NCBI GenBank assembly: GCA_044892505.1
Contig: CM097882.1
Span: 584,722,001 to 584,786,000 of the forward strand
DNA: 64,000 nucleotides
Direction of reading: 5' to 3'
DNA from: Schmidtea nova
Lineage: Eukaryota
Shown: piece by piece, positions 60,423 to 64,000 of the stretch
Layout: every line of letters starts with the position of its first letter
Numbering within the stretch: position 1 is the stretch's first letter
Notes under the pieces: model-generated
Told to the model about the DNA's origin: nothing
What the model saw: only the letters and a program-made list of their open reading frames with translations
Databases searched by the model: none
Translations under genes and position numbers: made by a program

Positions 60423-60683
60423 ATGGCAGCAAAACCGATTCTTAAAAAGAGGAATTTATTGTTACATGAAAAACTTTATCAAAAATATTGTGATGATTGT
60501 GATAAAAACTACAAAAGTAGATCGGGTGTATTATCTCATTTAAAAAGAAAATGTCATTTAAAAAATATTAAACAAGATCAAATTATAGTTGAAAACATAA
60601 AGGATGAAAACAAGATAAAATATTGGGATTTAAATGAAATACAAAAAGCAACAACTTTGATAGCGCAGTGGGAATGTAATTAA
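60423..60683 (+). CDS. Small C2H2-like zinc-finger protein (86 aa), probably Polinton-associated
   Basis: YCDDCDKNYKSRSGVLSHLKRKCH; lies ~0.9 kb from the Polinton genes. Confidence 0.5.
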   Translation: MAAKPILKKRNLLLHEKLYQKYCDDCDKNYKSRSGVLSHLKRKCHLKNIKQDQIIVENIKDENKIKYWDLNEIQKATTLIAQWECN

Positions 60684-61224
60684 CCATTTATAACAATATA
60701 TGGTGGTTCAAATCCAAACCAAGACTAATTATTTTTTCTATGTAATTTCAATATTTCTGTTAATATACATACAAATATGTAATAATAATATGTTTGTGTG
60801 TATTAACAATTATTTTTATTAATTTTAAAAATAAATGATGAAAAATAATTTATTGAAATGGGTATGGTGGCGGACCGGGAATGGTTGTCACAGTTTTTCG
60901 AACACACCTGGGATCGATCCCTAATTTGTGAGAGTTTATTTCGGTTTGGTTTCGTGCTTTCGGTAATGTGCTTAAAACACCGTTGAGATCGCCCTCGAGC
61001 GAGAAGTGATAATAATGCACATTACAAGTATTGAAGAGGTTCTGGTGTATGAGTCTGGCCAGCTTGTATATTGTGATTAATTCGATACACGAAAGGGGTT
61101 AAAATAAAAAACAAAAAAAACAAAGTGTTCCGGAACATTAAAAAAACAAAAAAACTACTATCCTCACAGCAGTTTTACTATTTTCTAATATTATTAAATT
61201 GAGACCAGGGTACTTCGAAAGTGA

Positions 61225-61285
61225 GAGTACGAGTTAGGAGTACGAGTTAAGAGTACGAGTTAAGAGTACGAGTTAAGAGTACGAG
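61225..61285. repeat. 13-bp tandem repeat GAGTACGAGTTAA, about 4.7 copies
   Basis: Read directly from the sequence; no spacers. Confidence 0.92.
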
Positions 61286-61369
61286 ATTTTGAAATTGAGA
61301 ATAAAAAAAATGATGGATGAAAAGGTAAGCATGAAAAAACTAAAAAACACCAGCAGAAATTAACGTTAA

Positions 61370-61608
61370 CCCTTTCTAAGGTGATGGCAATATACTGTAC
61401 ACCATTTTAAACTAATAAAAATATCTAAGTGTAACGCTGTCGGTAATCATTTTTACTTTTGGTACAACTACTGACATATATTGAGTCACAAGAGAACAAA
61501 TTTATAGTATTTGAAACCATAGATGTGTTTTTCATTTGTAACTATATAATTATTATTAATAAACTTTGAGTTTTACATCACTTTTAGTTTCCTTTGCCTT
61601 AGAAAGGG
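61370..61608. mobile_element. piggyBac-type MITE (239 bp)
   Basis: TTAA|CCCTTTCTAAGG ... CCTTAGAAAGGG|TTAA: perfect 12-bp TIRs and TTAA TSD. Confidence 0.93.
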
Positions 61609-61611
61609 TTA

Positions 61612-62058
61612 ATGGGTGGTGATTTACAAACACTTTCAACAAAAATACCAGAATTTCCATGGGCTAAATATAAAGGAGAACATCATATTCCAGGATTTCA
61701 ATATTTTGGACCTGGAACAAATTTAGGTATTAGACTTGATGAAAACGATGTACCTAAACCAGGAGAAGAACCAATTAACCGAGTTGATGATGCAGCTTTA
61801 AAACATGATATTGCTTATAAAAGTGAAGATATAAGAAATCGTCAAAAGACTGATGTTGATTTAATACAAGATATAAATGAAATTAAAAATAAAACAATTA
61901 AAGAAAAATTAGCTGGTGTTATTGCTAAAAATGTAATGAAAGCCAAGATCCTCGTAGGAGGTGGACAAAGCCAGATCGACAAAGTCGCGTTTTCACTGAT
62001 CCTCGTAGGAGGTGGACAAAGTCCAGGTGGTGAAAATACAACAACACCAACAAATTGA
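61612..62058 (+). pseudogene. Parvovirus-VP1u-like phospholipase A2 domain protein of a Polinton/adintovirus
   Basis: Ca-loop YFGPGT and catalytic RVDDAALKHDIAY. 5' end is interrupted by the piggyBac MITE; internal 24-nt repeat with 51-nt period. Confidence 0.85.
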
Positions 62059-62635
62059 GCGAAGCTCCGCTGAACTTTTAGCACAAGAACTTCATAAAGA
62101 ATATAGAAAACCATCTAAATTTTTAAAAGTACAAGTATTTAATAATGATGATATTTGACGAGCAGATCTTGTTGAAATGCCCAATATGAAAAATAATAAT
62201 GATTTTAAATATATTCTACCTATTATTGATTTGTATACAAAATTTGCATGAACAATACCATTAAAAAACAAAACAAGTCATTCAATAAAAAATGCGTTTG
62301 AAAATCTCTTTGAAGAAAATCCAGATAGAATTCCAAATAAATTATAAACTGATAATGGTAAAGAATTTTATAACAAAATATTTGATGAATTTTTACAAGA
62401 AAATGAAATACAAATTCATTCTACTTTTAATCAACCAGTTGAAAGAAGTAAAGGGTCATCTCATAATCCTGTTATAGAAAGATTTATTAGAACTTTAAAG
62501 AATTTAATGTTTAAAAAATTTCCAGAAAATGGAAATCGTATTTGGATAAAAATATTACCAGAAATATTAAATTTTTATAATAATAAAAAACATGCAACTA
62601 TTAAAATGTCACCACTAGAAGCAAATAAAAAATAA
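62051..62635 (+). pseudogene. Second Polinton integrase (catalytic core), three in-frame stops
   Basis: LAQELHK..DDI*RADLVEM..KYIL.IIDLYTKFA*TIPLKNK..KL*TDNGKEFYN..IHSTFN..VIERFIRTLK..WIKILP..YNNKKH.TIKMSP. Confidence 0.9.
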
Positions 62636-63269
62636 AAAATAAAAAATATTTTGATAAAGAAATTTATAAATGGAAAGAAATGACATATACAATAACAAAT
62701 GAAATGATTAAATCATTCAATTTAAGATTTTTAAGATTAGAATCTCACAAATCACATGTTGATCATACCCATGTTATTAGAAAGAGAAGTGCAGGATTGA
62801 AAGAAAATCATAATTTATTACTTAGCATATTTATACATGTAAAATCTTTAGATCCAATAATTATAAAGAGTCCTTTGTGGTCAATTCATGTTGTAGTAAC
62901 CACAATATATTGTATTTTATAAAAACATGGGTGTTTTGACATTATTTTAAAAGGATCCAGTTAAAACACCCATGGGTGCAAAGATTGGTGATGTTATAAT
63001 ATATGAGTTGGTGTCAGGTGGACGTGTATATTTTGATGGAGTTGAATCAAGTAAAAATTTGATTTAAAGAATATCAAGAGGTTTGAATTTTCAACTGGTG
63101 TTGTGGAATATATTGATCTCTTGTATTACGAGAAAATGGTTAATAATCATGGTATTCAACATGCTTTAAAAACATGTATAGTCATCTATTAAAACCTCGA
63201 GACCATGAATTAATAGTGCAAGACAACAAAGTATATTAAATAAGCGCAGCTCAAATTATTTCTACTAAA

Positions 63270-64000
63270 ATGGTTGAACGCAGTTCCACTGAACATGATT
63301 CTGAAATAAAAGAAGATTTTATTCATCCAGAAGTACATGTGTGTTACCCAAATTTAGATAAAATATATCAACAAAGTTTTTTAGAAAACAATGAGCGCAG
63401 CTCCGCTGATGGTCGAAGTTCTGGATACACCAACAAACCAAGTGCACCAGCAGAGCTGCGCTCAATAGAAACCAACGGACGAAGCCCTGGTAACACAAAC
63501 AATTTTTATGACATGTACAAAAAAGTAAAATTAATGAATTCATAACAGAAAAGAAACAACTACAAGATTTACTAATACATTACAAAAAAAACACAGATGG
63601 ACTCGAGTAGACTCGTTGATAAAAATATTTGGTATTAGTTTAGGATTTTTATTAACTTGTTGTAGTGTTGTAATTGCTCCATTAACTGCATTTGGTTTTG
63701 GAACAGGTATAATTGTGCTGAGTTCAGTTACAGGTGGTATAAGTGCTATAGATTTGTTTTTGACAGAAGCAGTTTCTATTGGTCTTACTAGTAGAAAGAA
63801 AAAGATTTATAGAGAAGTATGCCTGAAATTAGAACTTGGTATAAACAAATTGTATTTGTATCAAAACAAAGCCATGAGTGATGATAATTTGACAGATGAA
63901 GAAATTGAAACTAGTAAAATTATTATACAAGAAATTATTGAAGAGATTGAGAAGATTAAATATTCAAAACAAGTAAAAAAAGAAATAAAAGTTGTTAGAA
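63270..64000 (+). pseudogene. Polinton-associated membrane protein, probably one gene with a frameshift near 63540; runs off the right edge
   Basis: YPNLD in the N-terminal part. The second frame (from ~63541) has two hydrophobic segments (LIKIFGISLGFLLTCCSVVIAPLTAF; GIIVLSSVTGGISAIDLFL), then KKK..KLYLYQNKAMSDDNLTDEEI. Confidence 0.6.

Noticed and set aside
61225-61285. CRISPR-like array
   Set aside because: Head-to-tail 13-mers with no spacers, no cas genes, and a eukaryotic context.
15059-62251. TGA at positions where Trp is expected (15059, 59384, 59483, 62156, 62249), suggesting a UGA=Trp genetic code
   Set aside because: All are in decayed elements that also carry TAA/TAG stops and frameshifts. 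TGG is used for Trp in the same genes, and TGA ends the intact ATPase. Five G-to-A changes are compatible with AT-biased decay.

Overview
AT-rich eukaryotic (probably invertebrate) scaffold segment with six N gaps and no recognisable ordinary host gene. It is almost entirely nested mobile DNA. (1) 1-4376: an apparently intact part of a Polinton/Maverick (adintovirus-like) element with minor capsid, integrase, two small virion-type proteins and packaging ATPase. It also carries a TATA-binding-protein (TBP) homologue and two genes that become whole only if 42-nt and 47-nt GT-AG introns are spliced. (2) ~5.1-11.9 kb: a decayed Ty3/Gypsy element with a chuvirus-type envelope glycoprotein between gag and pol. 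(3) 12842-16561: a complete 3.7-kb Gypsy element with identical 119-bp LTRs and a 5-bp TSD, plus another Gypsy 3' end at 25.9-27.7 kb. (4) Several hAT (one complete with TIRs and TSD), piggyBac and mariner remnants and MITEs. (5) Further Polinton remnants at ~48.2-51.8 kb and 60.4-64 kb (PLA2 domain, second integrase, membrane protein). (6) Unclassified repeated cassettes: two copies of a REX4/ISG20-like DEDDh exonuclease gene, and three copies of a coiled-coil/Arg-rich ORF that share a downstream stem-loop motif. Three promoters have a fixed CCAAT-N21-TATA layout. All family assignments come from motifs recognised by eye; no database search was run.
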